Positions 38,428-47,260 of a DNA stretch of 64,000 nucleotides are shown piece by piece (within the stretch, counting starts at the first letter, position 1; each line of letters opens with the position of its first letter). The notes beneath the pieces are model-generated. The model was not told the origin of the DNA, did no database searches, and saw nothing but the letters and a program-made list of their open reading frames with translations. Made by a program: the position numbers and the translations under genes. Source of the DNA: an uncultured Candidatus Saccharibacteria bacterium (lineage in GTDB: Bacteria; Patescibacteriota; Minisyncoccia; Phycocordibacterales; UBA918); assembly GCA_964353135.1 (NCBI GenBank), contig CAYGTV010000001.1, forward strand, positions 18,696-82,695. The letters are read 5' to 3'.

Positions 38428-41400
38428 TTACGCTCTAATAGTCTGCGTGTCAACCGACTCAACAAATTCCGGCTCTGGCCCCAACCGTTTCATTCGGTCT
38501 ACCAAAATACTTGGTTCGTCGTTGCGGATGTTGAGCTTGCCTTTGACGGCAACACAGGTGCCTGGGACGAGCATTTCGCGGTGAGCTTCGAAACACTCAG
38601 GGAAGGTGACCATTTCCATCGACTCGTCCTTGGTCGCCAGCTGTACAAACGCCATTTTGTCGCCTTTTTTAGTGATCAACTCACGAACCGCCTGGATCAT
38701 ACCGGCCGTTACAACTGGGATACCTTGTCGACCATCAGCTTTTACCGTCGAGAGAGGTGAGCGTTTTTTGATTTCATCGGTAAAAGCATCAAGCGGGTGA
38801 CCAGACACGTATACTCCAAGTAGGTCTTTTTCCCAGATCAATTTTTGCTCTTTGCTGATGTCTGTCGCTGGGTACAGGGTCAGTCCGCCGACTTCCGTCA
38901 TCGCTCCAAATAGTGAGTCTTGATTGGCTGCTTTGCCAGCCACTTGTTCTTTGTTGTAGGACAGGAGTACCTCTAGGTTGCCGTACAGCGTGTCACGGGT
39001 TTCAAACCGATCAAACGCTCCGGTGCAGATCAGGGCTTCCATTGATTTTTTATTGAGAGCTCGATCATGAATCCGTTCCAGGAAATTTTGCATGGATGTA
39101 AACGGTCCGTTAGCTTTTCGATCATCAATGATTGTTTGTGCGATCCCCGCACCAAAGTTTTTGATAGTAGTTAAACCAAACCGAATGGTTTGGGTACCTG
39201 GTACCACGGAAAAGTCAGCGAATGATTCGTTGATGTCTGGCGGTAGTACGTCGATACCCATTCGTTCACATTCATGGATCGAGTCGTAAATCCGGTCGGT
39301 ATCACCCGAGTCAGCCGTGAGTACCGCTGACATGTATTCGACGGGAAAGTTCGCCTTCATATAAGCAGTCTGGTAGGCAACTCGACCGTATGACGCCGCG
39401 TGGGCCTTGTTAAATCCGTACGCAGCAAATGGTTCGATCAGTTTCCATAACTGTTCAGCTTTTTGTTCGGTCATGCCGTTGTCGATCAATCCTTGGAAGA
39501 GTTTATCTTTCTCGGCGGCCATTACTTCGGGAATTTTCTTTCCCATCGCTTTACGCAATTTGTCAGCCTCAAGCCAGCTGTAGCCAGCTAGCTTAATCGC
39601 CGTCATCATCACGTCATCCTGGTAGGTGATCACCCCGTATGATCGATCAATGATTTCTTCCAGACGTGGGTCGAGGTATGTCACTAAACTAGGGTTGTGT
39701 TTTCGTTCAATATATTGAGGGATCATTTCCATCGGACCAGGGCGGTATAGGGCCACCATCGCGTTGATGTCGTGAATGGTGGTTGGTTTCAGTTGTTTCA
39801 GGAACGACGTCATTCCGGTACCGTTCAATTGGAATAGTCCCATCGTTTCACCCCGAGCCAGCATCTCAAACGTCTTTTGGTCATCGAGGGGAATGTTTTC
39901 AATATCGACGTCGACGTTACGAATTTTCTTTACTCGCTTTACTGCATCAGCCAAAATCGCCAGGTTTTTAATCCCCAGGAAGTCGAATTTAAGGAGACCA
40001 ACTCCGTCTTCACCCACACTATGCATTTCGTACTGGGTGACGTATTTACCAGTTTTCGAGTCGGGCTGGATTGGGACATATTGGTTGAGTGGAACAGGAG
40101 AGATAACCACCCCCGCGGCATGAACCCCAATGTGTCGGACACGACCCTCGATTTGTTTGGCAAGGTCAATCACTTCGCGCGACTCAGCGTCTTTTTTGTA
40201 TAACTCAGCCAATTCTTTTTCTTCTACCAGCGCGCGCTCAATGGTCATCGGGAACCCCTGGGCGCCCAGGGGGATTAGTTTCGAGATCCGGTCACCAGTA
40301 CTGTACGGGTGACCAAGGGCGCGCGCCACGTCACGTACCGCCGCTTTGGCGGCCATGGTTCCAAAGGTACCGATCTGGGCTACTTTGTCTTCACCATATT
40401 TTTGTTTGGCGTATTCGATAATTTCATCACGTCGATTATCGGCAAAGTCCATGTCGATGTCAGGGGCAGACGGACGCTCAGGGTTAAGGAATCGTTCAAA
40501 GGGAAGTTTGTATTCGAGCGGGTTTACGTTCGTGATCCCCAGCACGTAGGTCGTAAATGATCCCGCCACCGAACCACGAATAGTGGTGAGGATTCCTCGT
40601 TCACGCGCCTCGCGCAGCAGGTCACCTACCACGAGAAAGTACTTGGCGTAGCCCTTCATCTTGATCACATCCAGCTCGTAGTCGAGACGGGTTTTTACCT
40701 TCTCATCAGTAATGTCGAGTCCGCGCCACTTCACTCCAGCGTACGCGGTGATTTGTAGCTCTTCGTCCGGCTCGCGCCCGCTTTCGATTATAAAATCAGG
40801 AAATACCCAAGCATCCATCCCGAGGGTGATTTCGACGTTACACTGGTTGGCAATTTTGACAGTATTAGAAAGCGCTTCTGGAGTGTCTTTGAACCACTCT
40901 TTCATGTCGGCTTGGGTTTTGAAAGAGAAGTCTTCGGCTCCATCGTGATCAGACGATGTATCAACCACACCGCCACTTTGAATCTTGATCATTGTCTCTC
41001 GAGCGATGCGATCCTCTGGCTTCATATAGTAAATATCGTGCGCGGCGACCAGTGGAGTTTTTGTTTCAGCTGCCAATTCTTTGATCAGCTTCTGGTTACT
41101 CATGTGACCAAAAATCTCTGGGTGGTGACTGATTTCAAGGTAGCAATCCGCGCCGAACGTTTTCTTGTACCAATCAAGCCGCTCCGCTGCGCGTTCTGGT
41201 AGCGAGTCTTTGAGGGCTTGGGCAACTTCGCCGGCAAACGAGGGGATGATGCAGATGAGGTCTTCTTTGTTTTTCTCCAGCAGTTCATCATCAATCCGGG
41301 GTTTGTAGTAGAAGCCTTCGGTGTTTGACTTGGTGACCAGCTCAATCAGGTTTTGGTAACCCTTAAACGTTTTAGCCAGCAAAACCAGTCGTGACCGTGG

Positions 41401-41673
41401 TCGGTCAGTAGGGTTTTCCTTATCAAAGCGGGTGCGAGGGGAGAGGTACGCATCTAGGCCGATAATTGGTTTGATACCTTCTTTTTGACAGGCCTGGTAG
41501 AAATCAATCGCACCATAGAGCGCCCCGGCGTCGGTGATCGCCAGCGCATCCTGACCATCTGCCGCAGCCGCTGCAGTCAACTCTTTTGGCCTTGGTACCG
41601 CCTGCAGTAGGGAATACATACTATGTGTATGCAAATGTACGAACTCAGCATTTAGTTTGGACGATTCAGACAT
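38428..41673 (-). CDS. dnaE: DNA polymerase III alpha subunit
   Basis: FVHLHTHSMYS, FERFLNPER..PDIDMDF, LLKFDFLG, YGFNKAHA, C-terminal OB fold. Confidence 0.98.
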   Translation of the reverse strand: MSESSKLNAEFVHLHTHSMYSLLQAVPRPKELTAAAAADGQDALAITDAGALYGAIDFYQACQKEGIKPIIGLDAYLSPRTRFDKENPTDRPRSRLVLLAKTFKGYQNLIELVTKSNTEGFYYKPRIDDELLEKNKEDLICIIPSFAGEVAQALKDSLPERAAERLDWYKKTFGADCYLEISHHPEIFGHMSNQKLIKELAAETKTPLVAAHDIYYMKPEDRIARETMIKIQSGGVVDTSSDHDGAEDFSFKTQADMKEWFKDTPEALSNTVKIANQCNVEITLGMDAWVFPDFIIESGREPDEELQITAYAGVKWRGLDITDEKVKTRLDYELDVIKMKGYAKYFLVVGDLLREARERGILTTIRGSVAGSFTTYVLGITNVNPLEYKLPFERFLNPERPSAPDIDMDFADNRRDEIIEYAKQKYGEDKVAQIGTFGTMAAKAAVRDVARALGHPYSTGDRISKLIPLGAQGFPMTIERALVEEKELAELYKKDAESREVIDLAKQIEGRVRHIGVHAAGVVISPVPLNQYVPIQPDSKTGKYVTQYEMHSVGEDGVGLLKFDFLGIKNLAILADAVKRVKKIRNVDVDIENIPLDDQKTFEMLARGETMGLFQLNGTGMTSFLKQLKPTTIHDINAMVALYRPGPMEMIPQYIERKHNPSLVTYLDPRLEEIIDRSYGVITYQDDVMMTAIKLAGYSWLEADKLRKAMGKKIPEVMAAEKDKLFQGLIDNGMTEQKAEQLWKLIEPFAAYGFNKAHAASYGRVAYQTAYMKANFPVEYMSAVLTADSGDTDRIYDSIHECERMGIDVLPPDINESFADFSVVPGTQTIRFGLTTIKNFGAGIAQTIIDDRKANGPFTSMQNFLERIHDRALNKKSMEALICTGAFDRFETRDTLYGNLEVLLSYNKEQVAGKAANQDSLFGAMTEVGGLTLYPATDISKEQKLIWEKDLLGVYVSGHPLDAFTDEIKKRSPLSTVKADGRQGIPVVTAGMIQAVRELITKKGDKMAFVQLATKDESMEMVTFPECFEAHREMLVPGTCVAVKGKLNIRNDEPSILVDRMKRLGPEPEFVESVDTQTIRA

Positions 41674-41734
41674 TGCGTACAGTATAACAAATGTGGCGCC
41701 GACCCCCTACAACAGGGTTCGGCGCCAATGATGA

Positions 41735-42058
41735 TTATTCTTGAGCGAGCAACGCCTGGTTTCCGTTAGCCCAAACATTTAGATTTTGTCCTTTTTGCAT
41801 GTTGATCCGCAAGGTCACGGTTCCATCAACGTTGATGTAAAGGCGGTTTGGCGTGCACTCAACTGTGACCGAACCTTCTGATGTGTTTTGCCACATGATG
41901 TGGTTCATCGCTAGATCTTCAAGTTGTTCAAGTACAATCAGACCTGGCTGATCGTTATAGTGGATAGTGATTTCACCAGGTGAGCAACTAGAACGATTCT
42001 CCTGAGCTCCAGCTATCGATGGTGTAACGAGAACAAGCAGTAACAATAGTGTCCGCAT
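41735..42058 (-). CDS. Small secreted hypothetical protein (ORFan)
   Basis: GGAG SD; signal peptide ending AGA|Q; hairpin downstream near 41695-41727. Confidence 0.6.
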   Translation of the reverse strand: MRTLLLLLVLVTPSIAGAQENRSSCSPGEITIHYNDQPGLIVLEQLEDLAMNHIMWQNTSEGSVTVECTPNRLYINVDGTVTLRINMQKGQNLNVWANGNQALLAQE

Positions 42059-42106
42059 GAATGTGCTCCATTTCGTTGATGGTACAATGCATCATACTTT
42101 TTTCTT

Positions 42107-42700
42107 ATGAAATGTAAATGGATAGTTGGGGTGGATGAGGCGGGGCGGGGGCCGCTGGCAGGGCCAGTGACGGTTGGGTTGGTTAAAATTCCGGTTGATT
42201 TTGATTGGGAACTGGTTCCGGGTGTGCGTGACTCGAAAAAAATTAGCGAGAAAAAGCGCGAGGTTATATATAAACGAGTGATTGAATTGCACGTGCAGAA
42301 AAAATTGTCGTATGTCGTGAAATCAGTCTCAGCCAAATCAATTGATAATAAAGGAATCTCTCCTGCTATACGGCGTTCGATTGCTGCTGGAATTGAGGAT
42401 CTAGAGTGTGATCCAAATGACACATATATAAAACTAGACGGTTCACTCAAAGCCCCAGCTAATTACGCTCAAGAAACTATCATCAAAGGTGACGACAAGG
42501 AAATGGTGATTGGACTGGCGTCGATTATGGCCAAGGTCACTCGAGACAGATATATGGTAGAACAAGCCGCACTCTACCCAAAATACGGCCTAGCCAAGCA
42601 TAAAGGCTATGGCACCAAAGCGCACCGCGAAGCCATCGCAAAGCACGGATTTACACCTATCCACCGCCAGAGCTATTGTAAAAACATTGTTTTGTTGTAG
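42107..42700 (+). CDS. rnhB: Ribonuclease HII
   Basis: GVDEAGRGPLAGPV, DSKK, IIKGD, ASIMAKVTRD, HKGYGT. Confidence 0.97.
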   Translation: MKCKWIVGVDEAGRGPLAGPVTVGLVKIPVDFDWELVPGVRDSKKISEKKREVIYKRVIELHVQKKLSYVVKSVSAKSIDNKGISPAIRRSIAAGIEDLECDPNDTYIKLDGSLKAPANYAQETIIKGDDKEMVIGLASIMAKVTRDRYMVEQAALYPKYGLAKHKGYGTKAHREAIAKHGFTPIHRQSYCKNIVLL

Positions 42701-42777
42701 AGTAAAGATTCCTCAAGGAACAAATCAGGACTTCAACCTAACCCATAAATGAAATATCGGGACAAAAGGATACCTGA

Positions 42778-42969
42778 ATGACCAACGAGGGAAAAGAAAC
42801 GGATGAATGTGGTCCATGCACATTCAAAACAACAGGCTCTTGCTCTGAACTACATCAGCCTCCTGAGAAAGGTACGTGTTGTCTGGAAAGAAGACGAATC
42901 CAAGTACGTCTAGTTACCGACGCTCGAAAAGCGGTTCAGAAAAGTAAGCAAAAACAGTCCGTGGCGTAA
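42778..42969 (+). CDS. Small Cys-rich hypothetical protein
   Basis: AGGA upstream; CxxC-x7-C-x11-CC; terminator-like hairpin near 43029-43058. Confidence 0.4.
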   Translation: MTNEGKETDECGPCTFKTTGSCSELHQPPEKGTCCLERRRIQVRLVTDARKAVQKSKQKQSVA

Positions 42970-43168
42970 GCTTGCAAGGCGGATTGAGTTCATTATAGTG
43001 GTCATTATATGACTGCGTCACTAGTTTTGGCCGGATCTCGCAAGAGACCGGCCTTTTTACTTGCACCCTCCGAGCACTGCCATTTTATTGTCGTACTTCA
43101 TACTCTGTAAAAAGGGTTGCCTTTTTCATATGATTTGCTATAGTTCTGCCCACTAATACAAATTATCT

Positions 43169-43555
43169 ATGGTAGTACGAATGCGTCACACGCGGGCTCA
43201 CACCGCAAATCGTCGATCTCATCACGCGCTAAGCGCGCCGACTTTAGCAGTGTGTGGTAACTGTGGTTCACACCACCGACCGCATCACATGTGTCAAGAA
43301 TGTGGTTTTTACAAAGGTCGAATGGTGATTGACATGAAAGCAAAGTCAGACAAACGAACAGCTCGGATGACTGCTAAAAAAGAAGCCATCAAAGGACAGC
43401 AAGCAGACGCTGAACAAGAAGATATGCCAGAAGCAATTGCTCCAGATTCAGGAGTAACTCCAGACAAAGTAGCAGGTGACAAAATGAAAACAGTTGCCGC
43501 CCCATCTGTAGCAGCTGAAAAAACAGCTTCTCCTCGAAAACATCAAGGATCATAA
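43169..43555 (+). CDS. rpmF: 50S ribosomal protein bL32 with C-terminal extension
   Basis: RRSHHAL, CGNCG..PHHMCQECGFYKGR; about 70 extra residues. Confidence 0.95.
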   Translation: MVVRMRHTRAHTANRRSHHALSAPTLAVCGNCGSHHRPHHMCQECGFYKGRMVIDMKAKSDKRTARMTAKKEAIKGQQADAEQEDMPEAIAPDSGVTPDKVAGDKMKTVAAPSVAAEKTASPRKHQGS

Positions 43556-43558
43556 TCC

Positions 43559-43590
43559 ACAAAAACACCGTCAGCTGACGGTGTTTTTGT
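43559..43590. terminator. Perfect 32-bp palindrome / terminator
   Basis: ACAAAAACACCGTCAG|CTGACGGTGTTTTTGT. Confidence 0.8.
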
Positions 43591-43643
43591 CTGAGGACTC
43601 TGGTACAGTAGTAGACAGTAATAGTTAAGTACATTTCGTAGAT

Positions 43644-44555
43644 ATGGCCAACCGACATTTATCCCGTAGCATCGTTCTTCAGTCACTCTTTGAGTGGGAT
43701 TTAAATGCGCTTGAGAAGAAAGCCGTGCACGAAGTGCTTGACCGAAACGTTGCAGAATTCGCACCTAATAAAACCGACACTCCATTTATGGCAAAGTTGC
43801 TCGATGGTGTGATGTCAAAGCAGTCTGAATTGGATCTGGTGATCGAAAAGGCTGCTCCAGAATGGCCAATTGATCGAATTTCTCCTGTCGATCGAAATAT
43901 CCTCAGACTTGGTCTATACGAACTACTCTTTGCAGATCGCAAGGAGGTCCCAGCAAAAGTAGCAATCAACGAAGCAATTGAACTCGCTAAACAATTTGGC
44001 GGTGACAATAGTAGTCGGTTTGTTAACGGTGTACTAGGTGCGGTGTACAAAGAAATTGGTGAACCAGGCAAAGATGAACAAGGTGCAAAGCGTAAAAAGC
44101 AAGTTGCCTTTGAAGACATGCCCATTCAGCGACTGGCCGGTGCGGTAGTGTACGCCCAACACGAAGGACAGATGTATCTGGCTTTAGTACACGACATTTT
44201 TGGACACTGGACCCTATCAAAAGGAAAAATTGAAGATGGCGAGACGGTCGAGGCTGGTGCAGCACGTGAACTCAAAGAAGAAATTGGGCTTGATATAACA
44301 ATCGAAGCTGAGCTAGGTAATAATGAATACGTTGCTAGCAATCCAGAGTTAGGCAAGGTTCGCAAGCAAGTGCACTATTTCCTAGCAAAAGCAGAGTATC
44401 GGGAACTAGTGCTGGAACAAAAAGGTGGACTAGATGATGCCAAGTGGTTTAAAGTAGCCGAAATCCTTGACCTTAACTTTTATGAGGATATTCTGCCGAT
44501 TGTTACCAAGGCCATTACTATGCTCGTCGGTCGAGGAACACAAGAAATGAAATAA
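43644..44555 (+). CDS. nusB: Transcription antitermination factor NusB fused to a C-terminal Nudix domain
   Basis: RHLSR..LQSLF, VDRNILRLG.YE, VAINEAIELAK.FG...FVNGVLG; then KGKIEDGETVEAGAARELKEEIGL Nudix box. Confidence 0.93.
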   Translation: MANRHLSRSIVLQSLFEWDLNALEKKAVHEVLDRNVAEFAPNKTDTPFMAKLLDGVMSKQSELDLVIEKAAPEWPIDRISPVDRNILRLGLYELLFADRKEVPAKVAINEAIELAKQFGGDNSSRFVNGVLGAVYKEIGEPGKDEQGAKRKKQVAFEDMPIQRLAGAVVYAQHEGQMYLALVHDIFGHWTLSKGKIEDGETVEAGAARELKEEIGLDITIEAELGNNEYVASNPELGKVRKQVHYFLAKAEYRELVLEQKGGLDDAKWFKVAEILDLNFYEDILPIVTKAITMLVGRGTQEMK

Positions 44556-44665
44556 CTTCTTCGTTGTACGGCGTATTTTTTCATTCACCGTACCTCTGGA
44601 CGACTCATTCAAAAATACCAATACGCCCCGAATTTAAATTCATTCATTGCGTCCCTAAAGCCAAA
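44535..44665. repeat. Long palindromic element between nusB and rnc
   Basis: Core TCACCGTAC-CTCT-GGACGACTC inside GTATTTTT/AAAAATAC arms; outer arm imperfectly complementary to the nusB 3' end. Confidence 0.7.
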
Positions 44666-44704
44666 GCTAGTAAAAGAATATTAATTTGATACTGTATACA
44701 CAAC

Positions 44705-45415
44705 ATGGCAGATTACGAACCAAACACAGATTTACATAAACTACAGACAATCCTTGGGACGCAATTCAACGACCTAGATTTGTTGCGGTCAGCTGTTACC
44801 CATCGATCGTATTTAAACGAACACAAGGAAGCCACCTGGGAGCATAACGAGCGTCTAGAATTCCTAGGTGATGCAGTGCTAGAGCTGGTGGTGACCGATT
44901 TTTTGTTCAAGAAGTACACCGATAAACCAGAAGGTGAGCTAACTGCAGTGCGGGCTGCTCTAGTGAACACGGTTTCGCTGTCAGCAGCGTCAGAGGCACT
45001 TGGGGTCAATGAATTCCTAATGATGAGTAAAGGGGAAGCGAAAGACATGGGTCGGGCGCGACAGTATATTCTCGCGAATACGTTTGAGGCCTGCATCGGA
45101 GCGATGTACATGGATCAAGGGTACGACGCTGCCCAGCAGTTCATAGCGACCCATCTCTTTCCAAAGACTGATGAAATAGTTGCCAAAAGACTATGGCAAG
45201 ACCCCAAGTCACGGTTTCAAGAGTTGGCCCAAGAGCACCACAGTGTGACACCGACATATGAGACGGTTGCACAAGAGGGTCCTGATCATGATCGTATATT
45301 TACCGTTGGGGTATTTCTACGCAAAGAGCAGGTTGCCGCTGGGACTGGCCGCTCCAAACAAGAGGCCGAGCAAGCCGCCGCCCTAGCTGCTATGACCGTC
45401 AAAGGTTGGGACTAG
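44705..45415 (+). CDS. rnc: Ribonuclease III
   Basis: THRSY, NERLEFLGDAVL, FEA.IGA.Y.D, dsRBD DPKS.FQE..GPDH..F..G.SKQEAEQ. Confidence 0.98.
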   Translation: MADYEPNTDLHKLQTILGTQFNDLDLLRSAVTHRSYLNEHKEATWEHNERLEFLGDAVLELVVTDFLFKKYTDKPEGELTAVRAALVNTVSLSAASEALGVNEFLMMSKGEAKDMGRARQYILANTFEACIGAMYMDQGYDAAQQFIATHLFPKTDEIVAKRLWQDPKSRFQELAQEHHSVTPTYETVAQEGPDHDRIFTVGVFLRKEQVAAGTGRSKQEAEQAAALAAMTVKGWD

Positions 45416-45435
45416 CGACATGCTAAAATAAAAGC

Positions 45436-45876
45436 ATGTATAGCAAACGTCTAGGTTTTACATTGATTGAGATTCTCGTTGTTATTTCAATTTTGGCAAT
45501 ACTCCTGTCCATCGTTGCTTTTTCTGGTTCTGAAGCGCGCTCTACTGCCAATGCAACGGTGGCTGATCAGGATGTTCAGCAAATTGGACTAGCGATGCAG
45601 CTGTATCTAGAAGCTAACAATGACCTCCCTCCAGATGCTACTTGGAGTGATGCTGTTGATGCGCTGTACCCGACCTATTTATCAAAGCGCATCGATGTCG
45701 ATCGGTGGGGAAATGCCTTTGAGTACCAAAACAACTATGGTGGCGGGATTTCCAGTCGGGGGTCCCTGGTTTGTAGTTCTGGTCCTGATGGAACATTTGA
45801 TACTACTGACACTGATCTAGCTGTATACGAAGCTGGCGGGGATGATATCTGCCGATTTATTTTTGATGAAGATTAG
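45436..45876 (+). CDS. Type IV pilin / GspG-like pseudopilin
   Basis: G|FTLIEILVVISILAIL; DRWGNAFEY...SSGPDG...DD. Confidence 0.9.
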   Translation: MYSKRLGFTLIEILVVISILAILLSIVAFSGSEARSTANATVADQDVQQIGLAMQLYLEANNDLPPDATWSDAVDALYPTYLSKRIDVDRWGNAFEYQNNYGGGISSRGSLVCSSGPDGTFDTTDTDLAVYEAGGDDICRFIFDED

Positions 45877-45877
45877 T

Positions 45878-46615
45878 ATGTTCCTACGCTCATCCAAAAG
45901 AGGTTTTACAATAATTGAATTGCTAGTGACAGTTTCTTTGTTGGTTATTTTGCTCAGCATTGCAATTGCAAGTTTTGGTCCAGCAAGAGAGAAATCACGA
46001 GATACCCAACGGCAGACAGACTTACGAACGATCGAAGCAGCGTTGGCTCTGTATAAAAATAAATATGGTGTATATCCAGAAGGTTGCAATGGTCCGACTA
46101 CCAGTGCAACTCCCGTGTGGTCAGGTCAATTGGGGTCTGATTATGAATGTACGTCTGGAGGACGTCAGTTTATCATTGGTCTTGCTCCAGAGTTTTTACC
46201 GAAATTGCCAATCGACCCTAAACTGAATGGTACTGATTCTGGTTATGTGTATGCGGTAAACAGCGAGCGATCGGTATACAAAGTCATGGCTCTAAATACC
46301 GTTGAAACTGAGGTGGTTGGTTACGGTGATGAGTTTTTCCGTTGTGGACAAGAGTTTAATCCTGTCTTGGTATCAACTGATAGTAGTGTCGGTGCATCCT
46401 ACAATGATCCTGAAATATGCGAACGAGTTCCACCGACCCTTCCAGGTGGATATAATCCAGGAGGTTACACCGCTCCGACTGTGTGTACTGGTGTTGATGG
46501 TTATGGTGCCACGTATGCCGTATCTGCCGGATTTTCTAATGATGCCAGGGGTCTCTCTGGTGTTAATGCTAATAAGGGTCGTGAATACGACACTGAAAAC
46601 GTACGGTGTCGGTAA
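45878..46615 (+). CDS. Type IV pilin-like protein
   Basis: RG|FTIIELLVTV; AREKSRD..R.TDL..I..AL.LY....G.YP; LP.DP; Cys-rich tail; start MFLRS at 45878. Confidence 0.9.
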   Translation: MFLRSSKRGFTIIELLVTVSLLVILLSIAIASFGPAREKSRDTQRQTDLRTIEAALALYKNKYGVYPEGCNGPTTSATPVWSGQLGSDYECTSGGRQFIIGLAPEFLPKLPIDPKLNGTDSGYVYAVNSERSVYKVMALNTVETEVVGYGDEFFRCGQEFNPVLVSTDSSVGASYNDPEICERVPPTLPGGYNPGGYTAPTVCTGVDGYGATYAVSAGFSNDARGLSGVNANKGREYDTENVRCR

Positions 46616-46664
46616 GGGATAACTGTTTTAACCCGTTCAGCTACAGTGCTATCATGAGTATATT

Positions 46665-47258
46665 ATGCAACGGCTAAGAGGCTTTACTCTGATTGAAATT
46701 CTCGTCACAATTTCGATTATTGCGATTTTGGCTAGTATTATCTATGTTAGTTTTGGGGAGGCTCGGGTTAATGCCCGCAACAAAGCTATGACAGTTGAGT
46801 TGAAAGAAATCCAGCTGCAGCTCGAGACCTACCGGGCTCAAAATAATTCTTATCCATTGCCAGAACCTGGCTGTGGTAGCGCAACTGGGGGTCAGCTAGT
46901 GGCACGTAGTAATGGTTCTGGTAGTTGGTGTTCAAATAACTACTTCAACACCAGTGCAGCCCGACAAACTCCGTTATTTGTACCTGAATTTGTCACCAAA
47001 ATACCAAAGAACGCTGATTCTGCAAATTCGGACTGTGTGATTGAGTACCGCACCGACAGCGCAGCTACTTGGTATAAACTAACTGCGATTAACTGCCTTG
47101 CTGGTGTAGATAGTAGTACTGGGATTGACCCGGGAGAGCCGCTGTCACGCTGCTCCTCATCTTGTCCTGAGGGGTCGTCAGGTGATACTTGTTATCCAGA
47201 TGATCCAGAATACTATCAGTCATTTGCGGTCTACAGCCTCGGCGGTCAGTGTGAATAG
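46665..47258 (+). CDS. Type IV pilin-like protein
   Basis: RG|FTLIEILVTISIIAIL; Cys-rich C-terminus. Confidence 0.9.
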   Translation: MQRLRGFTLIEILVTISIIAILASIIYVSFGEARVNARNKAMTVELKEIQLQLETYRAQNNSYPLPEPGCGSATGGQLVARSNGSGSWCSNNYFNTSAARQTPLFVPEFVTKIPKNADSANSDCVIEYRTDSAATWYKLTAINCLAGVDSSTGIDPGEPLSRCSSSCPEGSSGDTCYPDDPEYYQSFAVYSLGGQCE

Positions 47259-47260
47259 GT

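Noticed and set aside
26919-42736. 13-mer ATCAGGACTTCAA present at 26919 and 42724
   Set aside because: Exact 13-mer pairs are expected by chance many times in 64 kb; no shared context
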